A stretch of 64,000 bases of DNA from positions 62,001 to 126,000 of the forward strand of contig JBHGNT010000052.1 of assembly GCA_043228905.1 (NCBI GenBank), read 5' to 3'. This stretch comes from Azolla caroliniana (Eukaryota > Plantae > Polypodiophyta). The first letter of the stretch is position 1. Each line of letters opens with the position of its first letter. This document shows positions 25,101 to 38,586 of the stretch, in pieces. Below the pieces are notes generated by a model. The model did not search any database. It had not been told where the DNA came from and saw nothing but the letters and a program-made list of their open reading frames with translations. The position numbers and the translations under genes are program-made.

Positions 25101-28100
25101 TGAGGAGGTTGTCGACAAGAGCGCGTGAGTAAATTAAAATGTTCATACCTAGCTCGTGTGATATCGAATTTTTGCGTTCAAACATGCGAATTGAAGGTAA
25201 CAACGCTAGTTATGATATGGAACTGAATAATCACGATTTTGAAACTCAGGTAGAGAGACATGCAGAAAAAAGAAAAGTTGAGGAGGTCGTAGACAAGAGC
25301 GTGTGAGTAAATGAAAATGTTTATACCTGGCTCATGTAATATCGGATTTTTATGTTGAAACTTGCGAATGGAAGGTTACAATACTAGTTATGATATGGAA
25401 TTGAAAACTCGGGATTTTGAACCTTAGGTCGCGAGACATGGTAAAAAAGCAAAGTTGAGGAGGTCTTAGACAAGAGGGCGTGAGTAAATGCAAATGTTCA
25501 TACCTGGCTCGTGTGACATCGGATTTTTGTGTTCAAACATGCGAATCGAAGGTAACAATGCTTGTTACGATATGGAATTAAAAACTCATGATTTCGAAAC
25601 TTAGGTCGAGACACATGTTGAATAAAACATAGTTGAGGAGGTCGTAGACAAGAGTCTGTGAGTAAATCAAAATGTTCATACCTAGGTCGTGTAATCTGTG
25701 ATTTTGGTGTTTAAACATGCGTATTGAAGGTAACAACGCTAGTTATGATATGGAATTGAAAACTCATGATTTCTAAACTCAAGTTGCGAGACATTATGAG
25801 AAAAGCAAAGTTGAGGAGGTCGTAGCCAAGAGCGCGTGAGTAAACGAAAATGTTCATATCTGGCACGTGCTATATTGGAGTTCTATGTTCAAACATGCGA
25901 ATCGAAGGTAACAACGCTAGTTATGATATGGAACTGGAAAATCACGATTATGAAACTCAGGTACAGAAACATAAAGAAGAAAGCAAAGTTGAGGAGGTCG
26001 TAGACAAGAGCGCGTGAGTCAATGAAAATGTACATACCTGGCTCGTGTGATATCGGATTTCTGTGTTCAAGAATGCAAATTGAAGCTAAGTACGCTATCT
26101 ACGATATCGAATTGAGAAATCACGATTTTGAAACTCAGGTCGAGAGACATGAACAATGAAGCATAGTTGAGGAAGTCGTAGACAAGAGTGCGTGAGTAAA
26201 TGAGTTCATACCTGGCTTGTATGATATCAGATATTTATGTTCAAACATGCTAATGGAAGGTAACAACGCTAGTTATGATATGGAATTGAGAACTCGGGAT
26301 TCTGAACATCAGGTCGCGAGACACTATGAAAAAAGCAAAGTTGAGGAGGTCGTAGACAAGAGCGCGTGAGTAAATGAAAATGTTCAGACCTGGCTCGTGT
26401 GACATCGGATTTTTGGGTTCCAACATGCGAATCGAAGGTAACAATGCTAGTTATGATATGGAATTGAAAACTCATGACTTTGAAACTCAGGTCGAGAGAC
26501 ATGATTAAAAAAGCAAACTTGAGGAGGTCGTAGACAAGAGCGCGTGAGTAAATTAAAATGTTCATACCGGTCTCGTGTAATATCGGATTTTTGTGTTCAA
26601 ACATGCGAATCGAAGGTAACAACGCAATTATCATATGGAATTGAAAACTCATGAGTTTGAAACTTAGGTCGTGACACTTGATGAAAAAAGCAAAGTTGAG
26701 GAGGTCGTAGACAGGAGGACGTGAGTAAATGAAAATGTTCATACCTGGCACGTGCGATATCCGAGTTCTGTGTTCAAACATGCGAATCGAATGTAATCAT
26801 GCTAGTTATGATATGAAACTGAAAAATCATGATTTTGAAGCTCAGGTCGAGAGACATGAAGAAAATAGCAAAGTTGAGGAGGTCATAGACAAGAGGGCGT
26901 GAGTAAATGAAAATGTTCATATCTAGCACGAGCAATATCGGAGGTCTGTGTCCAAACATGCGAATAGAAGGTAACCGTTCTAGTTATGATATGGATTTGA
27001 AAACTCACGATTTCCAAACTCAAGTCGTGAGACATGATGAAGAAAGCAAAGTTGACGAGGTCGTAGACAAAACGGCGTGAGTAAATGAAAATGTTCGTAC
27101 CTGGCTCGTGTGATATCGGATTTTTGTGTTCAAACATGTGAATCGAAGCTAACTACGCTATCTATGATATCGAATTGAAAAATCACGATTTTGACACTCA
27201 AGTTGAGAGAAATGATGAAAAACGCAAAGTTGAGGAGGTTATAGACAAGAGTGCATGAGTAAATGAAAATGTTCATATCTGGCTCGTGCAATATCAGATT
27301 TCTGTGTTAAATCAATCGAATGGAAGGTAAAAACGCTAGTTATGATATGGATTTTAAAAATCAAGATTTTGAAACTCAGGTAGATAGACATGAAGAAAAA
27401 ATCAAAGTTGAGGAGGTCGTAGACAAGAGTGCGTGAGTAAATGAAAATGTTCATACCTGGCTCGTGTGATATGGAAATTTTGTGTTCAAACATGCGAATC
27501 GAAGCTAACTACGATATCTACGATATCAAATTGAAAAATCACGATTTTGACACTTAGGTCGACAGACATGATGAAAAAAGCAAAGTTGAGGAGGTCGTAG
27601 ACAAGACGGCGTGAGTAAATGAAAATGTTTATACCTGGCTCGTGTGATATCGGATTTTTGTGTTCAAACATGCCAATTGAAGCTAAGTACGCTATTTTTG
27701 TGTTCAAACATGCGAATTGAAGTGAAGTACGCTAAGTAAGCTTACGTCGAGAGACATGATGAGAAAAGCAAAGTTGAGGAAGTCGTTGACAAGAGCGCGT
27801 GAGTAAATGAAAATGTTCATACCTGGCTCGTGTAGTATCGGATTTCTGTGTTGAAACATGCGAATGGAAGGTAAAAACGCTAGTTATGATATGGATTTGA
27901 AAATCACGATTTTGAAACTCAGGTTGAGAGAAGTGAAGAAAAAATCAAAGTTGAGGAGGTCGTAGAGAAGAGCGCGTGAGTAAATGAAAATGTTCATACC
28001 TGGCTCGTGTGCTATCGGAATTTTGTGTTCAAAAATGCGAATCGAATATAATAAAGCTAGTTATTATCTGGAAATGAAAAATCACGATTTTAAAATTCAG

Positions 28101-31100
28101 GTAGAGAGACATCAAGAAAAAAGCAAAGCTAAGGGGGTCGTAGGCAAGAGCGCGTGAGTAAATGAAAATGTTGATATCTGGCTCGTGCGATATCGGAGTT
28201 CTGTGTTGAAGTTTTCGAATTGAAGCTAAGTACGCTATCCGCGATATCGAATTGAAAACTCAGGATTTTGAGCCTTAGGTCGAGAAAAATGATGAGAAAA
28301 GCAAACTTGAGGAGGTCGTCGACAAGTGCGCGTGAGTAAATTAAAATGTTCATACATGGATCGTGTCACATCGGATTTTTGTGTTCAAACATGCGAGTTG
28401 AAGGTACTAACACTAGTTAGGATATGGAATTGAACAGTCATGATTTTTAAACTATGGTCAAGAGACATGATGAAACAAGCAAACTTGAGGAGGTCGTAGA
28501 CAAGAGCGTGTGAGTAAATTAAAATGCTCATACCTGTATCGTGTAATATCGAAATTTTGTGTTCAAACATGCAAATCGAAGGAAACAATGCGAGTTATGA
28601 TATGGAATTGAAAACTCATGATTTTGAAACTCAGGTCGTGAGACATGATGAAAAAAGCAAAGTTGAGGAGGTCGTAGACAAGACTACGTGACTAAACGAA
28701 AAAGTTCATATCTGGCTCGTGCGATATCCGAGTTCTGTGTTCAAACATACGAATCGAATATAATCACGCTAGTGATGATATGAAACTGAAAAATCATGAT
28801 TTTGACTCTCAGGTCGAGAGACATGAAGAAAATAGCAGAGTTGAGGAGGTCGTAGACAAGAGGGCGTGAGTAAATGAAAATTATCATATCTGGCACATGC
28901 AATATCGGCGTTCTGTGTTCAAACATGCGAATAGAAGGTAACAATGCTACTTATGATATGGAATTGGAAACTCACGATTTCCAAACTCAAGTCGCGAGAC
29001 ATGATGAAACAGCAAAGTTGAGGAGGTCGTAGACAAGACGGCGCGAGTAAATGAAAATGTTCATACCTGGCTCGTGTGATATCGGATTTTTGTGTTCAAA
29101 CATGCGAAGTCAAGCTAAGTACGCTATTTTTGTGTTCAAACATGCGAATCGAAGGAAACAACGCGAGTTATGATATGGAATTGAAAACTCAAGATTTTGA
29201 GCGTTAGGTCGAGAGACATGATGAAAAAGGTAACGTTGAGCATGTCATAGACAAGAGGGCGTGACTCAAGTAGGGAGACAAGAGCGCGTCAGTAAATGAA
29301 AACGTAAATACCTGGCTGCTGTGATATCGGATTTTTCTGTTCAAGTATGCGAATTGAAGCTAACAACGCTATCTACGATATCTAATTGAAATATCCTGAT
29401 TTTGAAACTTAGGTCGACAGACATGATGAAAAAAGCAATGTTGAGGATGTCGTAGACAAGAGCGCGTAAGTAAATGAAAATGTTCATATCTCGCTCGAGC
29501 AATATCCGAGTCTGTGTTCAAACATGCGAATCCAATGTAACAACGTTAGTTATGATATGAAACTGAAAAACTGAGTAAATGAAAATTATCATATTTGGCA
29601 CGTGCAATAACGGAGTTCTGTGTTCAAACATGCGAATAGAAGGTAACAATGCTAGTTATGATATGGAATTGAAAACTCATGATTTCTAAACTCACGATTT
29701 TGAAGCTTAGGTCGAGAGACATGATGAGAAAAGCAAAGTTGAGGAGGTCGTAGGCAAGAGGGCGTGAGTAAACGAAAATGTTCGTATCTGGCTCGTGCGA
29801 TATCCAAGTTTTGTGTTGAAACATGCGAATCGAATGTAACAACGCATAAGTTGAGGAGGTAGAGAAACATAAAGAAGAAAGAAAAGTTGAGGAGGTCGTC
29901 GACAAGAGCGCGTGAGTAAATGAAAATGTTCATACCTGGCTCGTTTGCTATCGGATTTTTGTGTTCAAAAATGCGAATCAAAGATAACAAAGCTAGTTAT
30001 TATATGGAACTGAAAAATCTCGGTTTTGAAAGTCAAGTAGAGAGACATGAAGAAAAAAGCAATGTTGAGGACGTCGTAGACAAGAGCGCGTGAGTAAATA
30101 AAAATGTTTCTATCTGGCTGGTGCGATATCGGAGTTATGTGTTCAACAATGCGAATTGAAGGTAAGTACACTATCTACAATATCGAATTGACAAATCACG
30201 ATTTTGAAACTCAGGTCGAGAGACATGAAGAAAAAAGCGAAGTTGAGGAGGTTAGTAGACAAGACGGCGTGAGTAAATGAAAATGTTCATATTTGGCACG
30301 TGCAATATCGGGGTTCTGTGTTCAAACATGCAAATAGAAGGAAACAACGCTAGTTGTGATATGGAAGTGAAAAATCACGATTTTGAAACTCAGGTTGAGA
30401 GACATAAAGAAAAAAGCAAAGTTGAGGAGGTCGTAGACAAGAACGCCCGAGTAAATGAAAATGTACATACCTGGCTCGTGTGATATCGGATTTTTGTGTT
30501 CAAGCATGCGAATTGAAGCTAAGTACGCTATCTATAATATCGAATTAAGAAATCACGATATTGAAACTTAGGTCGAGAGAAATGAAGAAAAAAGCAAAGT
30601 TGAGGAGGTCGTAGACAAGAGCGCGTGAGTAAATGAAAATTATCATACATGTTTGGTGTAATATCAGATTTTTGTGTTCAAACAGGCGAATGGAAGGTAA
30701 CATCGCTAACTATGATATGGAATTGAAAACTCAGGAATCTGAACCTCAGGTCGCGAGACATGATGAAAAAAGCAAAGTTGAGGAGGTCGTAGACAAGAGC
30801 ACGTGAGTAAATCAAAATGTTTATACGTGGCTCGTGTGACATCGGATTTTTGTGTTCAAATATGCGAATCGAAGGTAACAATGCTAGTTATGATATAGAA
30901 TTGAAAACTCATGGTTTCGAAAGTTAGGTCGAGAGACATGATGAAAAAAGAAAACTTGAGGAGGTCGCGAGACTCATGGAATGGAAAACTCATGATTTTG
31001 AAAGTCAGGTCGCGAGACAGGATGAAAAAAGTAGAGTGGAGGAGGTCGTAAACAAGAGCGCGTGAGTAAATGAAAATGTTTAGACATGGCTCGTGTGACA

Positions 31101-34100
31101 TCGGATTTTTGTGTTCAAAGATGCGAATTGAAGGTAACACCGCTAGATAAGATATGGCATTGAAAACTCATGACTTTTAAACTTAGGCCGCGAGACATGA
31201 TGTAAAAAGCAAAGTTAAGGAGGTCGCACACAGGAGCGCGTGAGTAAATGAAAATGTTCATACCTGGCTCGTGTCATATCGGATTTTTGTGTTCAAACAG
31301 AGGAATCGAAGCTAACTACGCTATCTACGATATCGAATTGAAAAATCAAGATTTTGATACTTAGGTCGAGAGACATGATAAAAAAAGAAAAATTGAGGAA
31401 GTCGTACACAAGAGGGCGTGAGTAAATTAAAATGTTCATACCAGGCTCGTGTTCATACCAGGCTCGCTAGTTATGATATGGAGTTGACAACTAACGATTC
31501 TGAACGTCAGGTCGCGAGACATTATGAAGAAAGCAAAGTTGAGGAGGTCATAGACAAGAGCGCGTGAGTAAATGAAAATGTTCAGACTTGGCTCGTGTGA
31601 CATCGGATTTTTATGTTCGAACATGCGTATTGAAGGTAACCACGCTAGTTATGATATGGAATTGAAAATTCAAGATTTTGAAACTCAGGTCGAGAGACAT
31701 GATGAAAAAAGCAAACTTGAGGAGGTCGTAGACAAGAGCGCGAGAGTAAATTAAAATGTTCATACCTGTCTCGTGTAGTATCAGATTTTTGTGTTCAAAC
31801 ATGCGAATCAAAGGTAACAACGCGAGTTATGATATAGAATTGAAAACTCATGAGTTTGTAACTCAGGTCGCGAGACATGATGAAAAAAGCAAAGTTGAGG
31901 AGGTCGTAGACAAGAGGACGTGAGTAAATGAAAATGTTCATATCCTGTTCGTGCGATATACGAGTTCTATGTCGAATATAACAACGCTAGTTATAATATG
32001 AAACTGAAAAATCATGATTTTGAAGAGCAGGTCGAGAGACATAAAGACAATAGCAAAGTTGAGGAGGTCGTAGACAAGAGGGTGTGAGTAAATGAACAAA
32101 TTATCTTATCTGGCACGTGCAATATCGGAGTTCTGTGTTCAAACATGCAAATAGAAGGTAACAATGCTACTTATGATATGGAATTGAAAACTCACGATTG
32201 CTAATCTCAAGTTGCAAGACATGATGAAAAAAGCAAAGTTGAGGAGTTCATAGAAGGGACAACGTGAGTAAATGAAAATATTCATACTTGGCTCGTGAGA
32301 CATCGGATTTTTGTGTTCAAAAATGTCAATTGAAGCTAAGTACGCTATCTATGATATCTAATTGAAAAATCATGATATTGAAGCTTAGGTCGAGAGACAT
32401 GATTAAAAAAGCAAATTTGAGGAAGTCGTAGACAAGAGCGCGTGAGTAAATGAAAATGTTCATACCTGGCTCGTGCAATATTGGATTTCTGTGCTAAAAC
32501 ATGTGAATCGAAGGTAAAAACGGTAGTTATGATATGGATTTGAAAAATCACAATTTTGAAACTTAGGTCGAGAGACATGAAGAAAAAATCAAAGTTGAGG
32601 AGGTCGTCGACAAGAGCGCGTGAGTAAATGAAAATGTTCATACCTGGCTCATGTGCTATCGGATTTTTGTGTTCAAAAATGCGAATCGAAGATAACAAAG
32701 CTAGTTATTATATGGAACTGAATAATCACGATTTTAAAACTCAGGTAGAGAGACATGAAGAAAAAAGCAAAGCTGAGGAGGTCGTAGACAAGAGCGTGTG
32801 AGTAAATAAAAATGTTTATATCTGGCTGGTGCGATATCGGAGTTCTATGTTCAAGCATGCGAATTGAAGCTAAGTACACTATCTACGATATCACGATTTT
32901 GAAACTCAGGTCGAGAGACGTGAAGAAAAAAGTAAAGTTGAGGAGGTTAGTATACAAGACGGCGTGAGTAAATCAAAATGTTCATATCTGGCACGTGGAA
33001 TGTTGGGGTTCTGTATTCAAACATGCGAATCGAAGCAAACAACGGTTGTTATGATATGTATTTGAAAAATCTCGATTTTGAAACTCAGGTCGAGAGATAT
33101 GATGAAAAAAACAACCTTGAGGAGGTCCTAGACAAGAGTGCATGAATAAATGAAAATGTTCATACCTGGCTCGTGCGATATCGGAGTTCTGTGTTCAAGC
33201 ATGCGAATTGAAGCTAAGTACACTATCTACAATATCGAATTAAATAATCACGATTTTGAAACTCAGGTCAAGAGACATGAAGAAAAAAGCAAAGTTGAGG
33301 AGGTCGTAGACAACAGGACGTGAGTAAATGAAAATGTTCATATCTGGTTCGTGCGATATTCAAACATGTGAATCGAATGTAACAATGCTAGTTATAATAT
33401 GAAACTGAAAAATCACGATTTTGAAGCTCAGGTCGAGAGACATGAAGAAAATAGCAAAGTTGAGGAGGTCATAGACAAGAGGGCGTGAGTAAATGAAAAT
33501 TATCATATTTGGCACATGCAATATCGGAGCTCTGTGTTCAAACAAGCTAATAGAAGGTAACAGTGCTAGTTATGATATAGAATTGAAAACTCACGATTTC
33601 CAAACTCAAGTCGCGAGACATGATGAAAAAAGCAAACTTGAGGAGGTCGTAGACAAGACGGCGTAAGTAAATAAAAATGTTCATACCTGGCATTTGTGAT
33701 ATCGGATTTTTGTGTTCAAACATGCGAATTCAAGCTAAGTACGTTATTTATGATATCTAATTGAAAAATCACGATTTTGAAGCTTAGGTCGAGAGACATG
33801 ATGAAAAAAGCAAACTTGAGGAGGTCGTAGACAAGAGCGCATGAGTAAATGAAAATGTTCATACCTGGCTCGTGTGACATCGTATTTTTGTGTTCAAACA
33901 TGCGAAACGAAGGTAACAACGCTAATTATGATATGGAATTAAAAACTCATTATTTTGAAATGTTCATATCTAGCTCGTGCGATATCCGAGTTTTGTGTTC
34001 AAACGTGCGAATCGAATGTAACAATTCTAGTTATCATATGAAACTGAAAAATCACGCTTTTGAAGCTCAGGTCGAGAGACATGAAGAATATAGCAAAATT

Positions 34101-36947
34101 GAGGAGGTCGTAGACAAGAGGGCGTGAGTGAATGAAAATTATCATATCTAGCACATGCAATATCGGAGCTCTGTGTTCAAACATGCGAATAGAAGGTAAA
34201 AGTGCTAGTTATGATATGGAATTGACAGGTCGCGAGAAATGATGAAAAAGGCAAAGTTGAGGAGGTCGTAGACAAGACGGTGTGAGTAAATGAAAATGTT
34301 CATACCCGGCTCATGTGATATCGGATTTTTGTGTTCAAACATGCGATTCGAAGGTAATAGTGCTATTTATGATATCTAATTAAAAATCACGATTCTGAAG
34401 CTCAGGTCGAGAGACATGATGAAAAAAGCAAACTTGAGGAGGCACTAGACAAGAGCGCGTGAGTAAATTAAAATGTTTATACCTGGCTCGTGTAATATCG
34501 GATTCTTGTGTTCAAACATGCGAATCGAAGTTAAAAATGCTAGTTATGATATAGATTCAAAAAATCACGATTTTGAAACTCAGATTGAGAGACATCAAGA
34601 AAAAGGCAAAGTTGAGTAGGTCGTCGACAAGAGGGCGTGAGTAAATGAAAATGTTCATATTTGGCACGTTCTATGTCAGGGTTCTGTATTCAAACATGCG
34701 AATCAAAGGTAACAACGCTAGTTATGATATGGACCTGAAAAATCATGATTTTGAGACTGAGCTAGAGAAACATAAAGAACAAAGCAAAGTTGAGGAGGTC
34801 GTAGACAAGAGCGCGTGAATAAATGAAAATGTACATACCTGGCTCGTGTGATATCGGATTTTTGAGTTCAAGCATGCAAATTGAAGCTAAGGAAGCTATC
34901 TACGATATTGAATAGAGAAGTCATGATTTTGAAACTCAGGTCGAGAGACATGAAGAAAAAAGCAAAGTGGAGGAGGTCATAGACAACAGCGTGTAGGTAA
35001 ATGAGTTCATACCTAGCTTGTGTGATATCAGATTTTGGTGTTCAAACATGCGAATGGAAGGTAACAACGCTAGTTATGATATGGAATTGCCAACTTAGGA
35101 TTCTGAACCTCAGGTCAGGAGACATTATGAAATAAGCAAAGTTGAGGAGGTCGTAGACAAGAGCGCGTGAGTAAATGACAATGTTCAGACCTGGGTCGTG
35201 TGACATCGGATTTTTGTGTTCAAGCATGCGAATTGAAGCTCAGTACGGTATCTATGATATCGAATTGAGAAATCACGATTTTTAAACTCAGGTCGAAAGA
35301 CATTAAGAAAAAAGCAAAGTTGAGGAGGTCGAAGACAAGAGCGCTTGAGTAAATTAAAATGTTCATACCTGTCTCGTCTAATATCGGATTCTTGTGTTCA
35401 AACATGGGAATCGAAGGTAAAAACGCTAGTTATGATATGGATTTGAAAAATCAGGATTTTGAAACTTAAGTTAAGAGACATGAAGAAAAAATTAAAGTTG
35501 AGGAGGTCGTAGACAAGAACGACTGAGTAAATGAAATGTTCATACCTGGCTCGTGTGACATCGGATATTTGTGTTCAAGCATGCGAATTGAAGCTAACAT
35601 CGCTAGTTATGATATGGAATTGAAAACTCAGGATTCTGAAACTTAGGTCGCGACACATGATGAAAAAAGCAAAGTTAAGGAGGTCGTAGACAAGAGCGCG
35701 TGAGTAAATGAAAATGTTCATACGTGCTTCGTCTGACATCGGATTTTTGTGTTCAAACATGCGAATCGAAGGTAAAAACGCTAGTTATGATATGGAATTG
35801 AAAACTCAGGATTCTGAACGTCAGGTCGCGAGACATGATGAAAAAAGCAAAGTTGAGGAGGTCGTAGACAAGAGCGCGTGAGTAAATGAAAATGTTCATA
35901 CCTGGCTCGTCTGACATCGGATTTTTGTGTTCAAACATGGGAATTGAAGTTAAAAAAGCTAGTTATAATATGGATTTGAAAAATCACGATTTTGAAACTC
36001 AGGTCGAGAGACATGATGAAAAAAGCAAACTTGAGGAGGTCGTAGACAAGAGCGCGTGAGTAAATGAAAATGTGCAAACCTAGCTCGTGTGACATTGGAT
36101 TTTTGTGTTCAAACATGCGAATCGAAGGAAACACTGCTAGTTATGATATGCAATTGAAAACCCAAGATTTTGAAACTCAGGTCGAGAGACATGATGAAGA
36201 AAGCAAAGTTGAGGAGGTCGAAGACAAGAGCGCTTGAGTAAATTAAAATGTTTATACCTGTCTCGTCTAATATCGGATTCTTGTGTTCAAACATGCGAAT
36301 CGAAGGTAAAAATGCTAGTTATGATATGGATTTGAAAAATCAGGATTTGTAAACTTAAGTTAAGAGACATGAAGAAAAAATTAAAGTTGAGGAGGTCGTA
36401 GACAAGAACGACTGAGTAAATGAAAATGTTCATACCTAGCTCGTGTGACATCGGATTTTTGTGTTCAAGCATGCGAATTGAAGCTAACATCGCTAGTTAT
36501 GATATGGAATTGAAAACTCAGGATTCTGAAACTTAGGTCGCGACACATGATGAAAAAAGTAAAGTTGAGGAGGTCGTAGACAGGAGCGCGTGAGTAAATG
36601 AAAATGTTCATACGTGGTTCGTCTGACATCGGATTTTTGTGTTCAAACATGCGAATCGAAGGTAAAAACGCTAGTTATGATATGGAATTGAAAACTCAAG
36701 ATTCTGAACGTCATGTCGCGAGACATGATGAAAAAAGCAAAGTTGAGGAGGTCGTAGACAAGAGCGCGTGAGTAAATGAAAATGTTCATACCTGGCTCGT
36801 GTGACATCAGATTTTTGTGTTCAAACATGCAAATTGAAGGTGACAACGCTAGTTGTGATATGCAATTGAAAATTCATGATTTTGAAACTCAGATCAAGAG
36901 ACATGATGAAAAAAGCAAACTTGAGGAGGTCGTAGACAAGAGCCCGT
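22146..36947. repeat. 178-bp tandem satellite, subfamily A, block 2
   Basis: Same monomer and orientation as block 1. 178-bp steps (22149, 22327, 22505, 22683, 22861). Confidence 0.98.
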
Positions 36948-37356
36948 TGTCATGAACACATGACCATTGTGGCATCACCCGGACTTGAGCCTCGAACCTT
37001 GTAATTCATACTTGAAAACCTCAACCATTAAGATAGCTTATTGTTATATGAAACAATAAAAGCTACTTCTTGTATTACATTGATTATTGTAAAAAATCTA
37101 GATTATTCTAGAATGTTCTAGAATGTCCTAGAGCATTCTAGGTCTAGAACATTCTAGAACATTCTCGAAATCTCTAAGTTATTCTATAGGAACCTATAAA
37201 TAAGCGCATACATGTATTCTCAAATCAATTCGAATCAACACCAGTCTTTAGCTCTCATTACATATCTTGTATCCATTCTCTTGCTTTCTCTATCTTATAC
37301 ATCCATTCTTCTCTATCCTTCTTCCATCACTCTATCTTTTATCCTTGGTTCTGACA
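36948..37356 (+). repeat. 5' LTR (409 bp)
   Basis: Starts TGTCATGAACAC and ends GGTTCTGACA. TATAAATA at 37195-37202. Matches 41974-42356. Confidence 0.96.
37105..37170 (+). promoter_or_regulatory. Heat-shock-element-like array (alternating nTTCn/nGAAn) in LTR U3
   Basis: ATTCTAGAATGTTCTAGAATG and TAGAACATTCTAGAACATTCTCGAAA, ending ~25 bp upstream of the TATA box. Confidence 0.65.
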
Positions 37357-37422
37357 GTTTGATTCGAAGTCTCTGTCTCTCTCTCTGTCTCTCTTATCCT
37401 CCTTTGTAACCATCCTGAAACC

Positions 37423-38586
37423 ATGGCTGCCATTAACTCAGACGAATATCTCTCCCTTGTTGCAGAAATGGAGAACCTTAAATCCAAGTTCGCATCTCTT
37501 GAAGTAGAGAATCAACGTCTACCTGGGGATCTACAAAAGGTTACTATAGAGAAGCAACAACAACAAGAGGAGTTCACGCGACGAGTGCAACAATTAGAGT
37601 CGACAATCGTCGTGTTACAACAACAAAGGGTTGAAGGTCAGGGACTTATCAAGGAGCCCAAAATTAGCCTCCCAGCTAAATTTGATGGGTCGAGGGCGCA
37701 TTTCCGAGGTTTTTTGAATCAAGTACGGTTGGTGATTCAAATGCATCCCGCACGTTATCCAACAGATGCATCACGAGTCGGGCTAGTGGGCACTTTATTG
37801 ACTGGCATAGCGTTGTTGTGGTTTGCTCCATTGCTAGAGATCAATTCTCCTCTACTGAATAATTTCGAGGAATTTATCAAGGAATTTAAGGCTTGTTTCG
37901 GAGATACTGATGGGGCGAGAACAACTATCAACAAGATTCGTACACTTCGTCAAGATGATCAACCAGCTTCAACATATGCTGCCAATTTCCGTCTCATCGC
38001 AAGCGATATTCCTTGGGATGAACAAGCCCTAATGGAGCAATTCCGTTCAGGCCTTCGTAGTGATGTCAAAGACTTACTTCTTACCTTCCCCGAGGATCCA
38101 AGGTCACTTACAGAAGCTATTAGTCGAGCAATACGGTGTGATAATCGCCTTTTTGAGCGTCGATGTGAGCGACAACAACAAATAACAAGATCTAGATTCA
38201 CACCAAGTTATGAATCAGTAACGGCGCAATCATCCCCAAGGCAAATGTATAGCCCTGCTCCAACTCCAAGGCAAACACGTAGTCCAGTCCCAATGGATAG
38301 TCCTACACCCATGGAGATCGATATGACTCAACGACGAGGACCGTTGTCAGACGAAGAGAAGCAACGTCGTCGAGCAAACCATCTGTGCTTATATTGTGGA
38401 GGTCCAGGACATATAGCCATTCATTGCTCCCGTAGGTTGAGACGTCAAGTAAATCAAATTCACTATGACAATAAAAATGAGTCCAACATTTTAGAAGTAG
38501 TTAGTGAATCTAATATTATGAATAATCCACCCTTGTCCAATAATTTTGAAGTCCTAAGCCAATTAGAAGAGGAGTCAAACGAATAA
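37423..38586 (+). CDS. gag: Gag polyprotein (coiled coil, retrotrans_gag capsid, CCHC zinc knuckle)
   Basis: PAKFDGSR, LRQDDQPASTYAANF, QFRSGL, PTPMEID and CLYCGGPGHIAIHC motifs, typical of sushi/PEG10-like Gag. Confidence 0.95.
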   Translation: MAAINSDEYLSLVAEMENLKSKFASLEVENQRLPGDLQKVTIEKQQQQEEFTRRVQQLESTIVVLQQQRVEGQGLIKEPKISLPAKFDGSRAHFRGFLNQVRLVIQMHPARYPTDASRVGLVGTLLTGIALLWFAPLLEINSPLLNNFEEFIKEFKACFGDTDGARTTINKIRTLRQDDQPASTYAANFRLIASDIPWDEQALMEQFRSGLRSDVKDLLLTFPEDPRSLTEAISRAIRCDNRLFERRCERQQQITRSRFTPSYESVTAQSSPRQMYSPAPTPRQTRSPVPMDSPTPMEIDMTQRRGPLSDEEKQRRRANHLCLYCGGPGHIAIHCSRRLRRQVNQIHYDNKNESNILEVVSESNIMNNPPLSNNFEVLSQLEEESNE

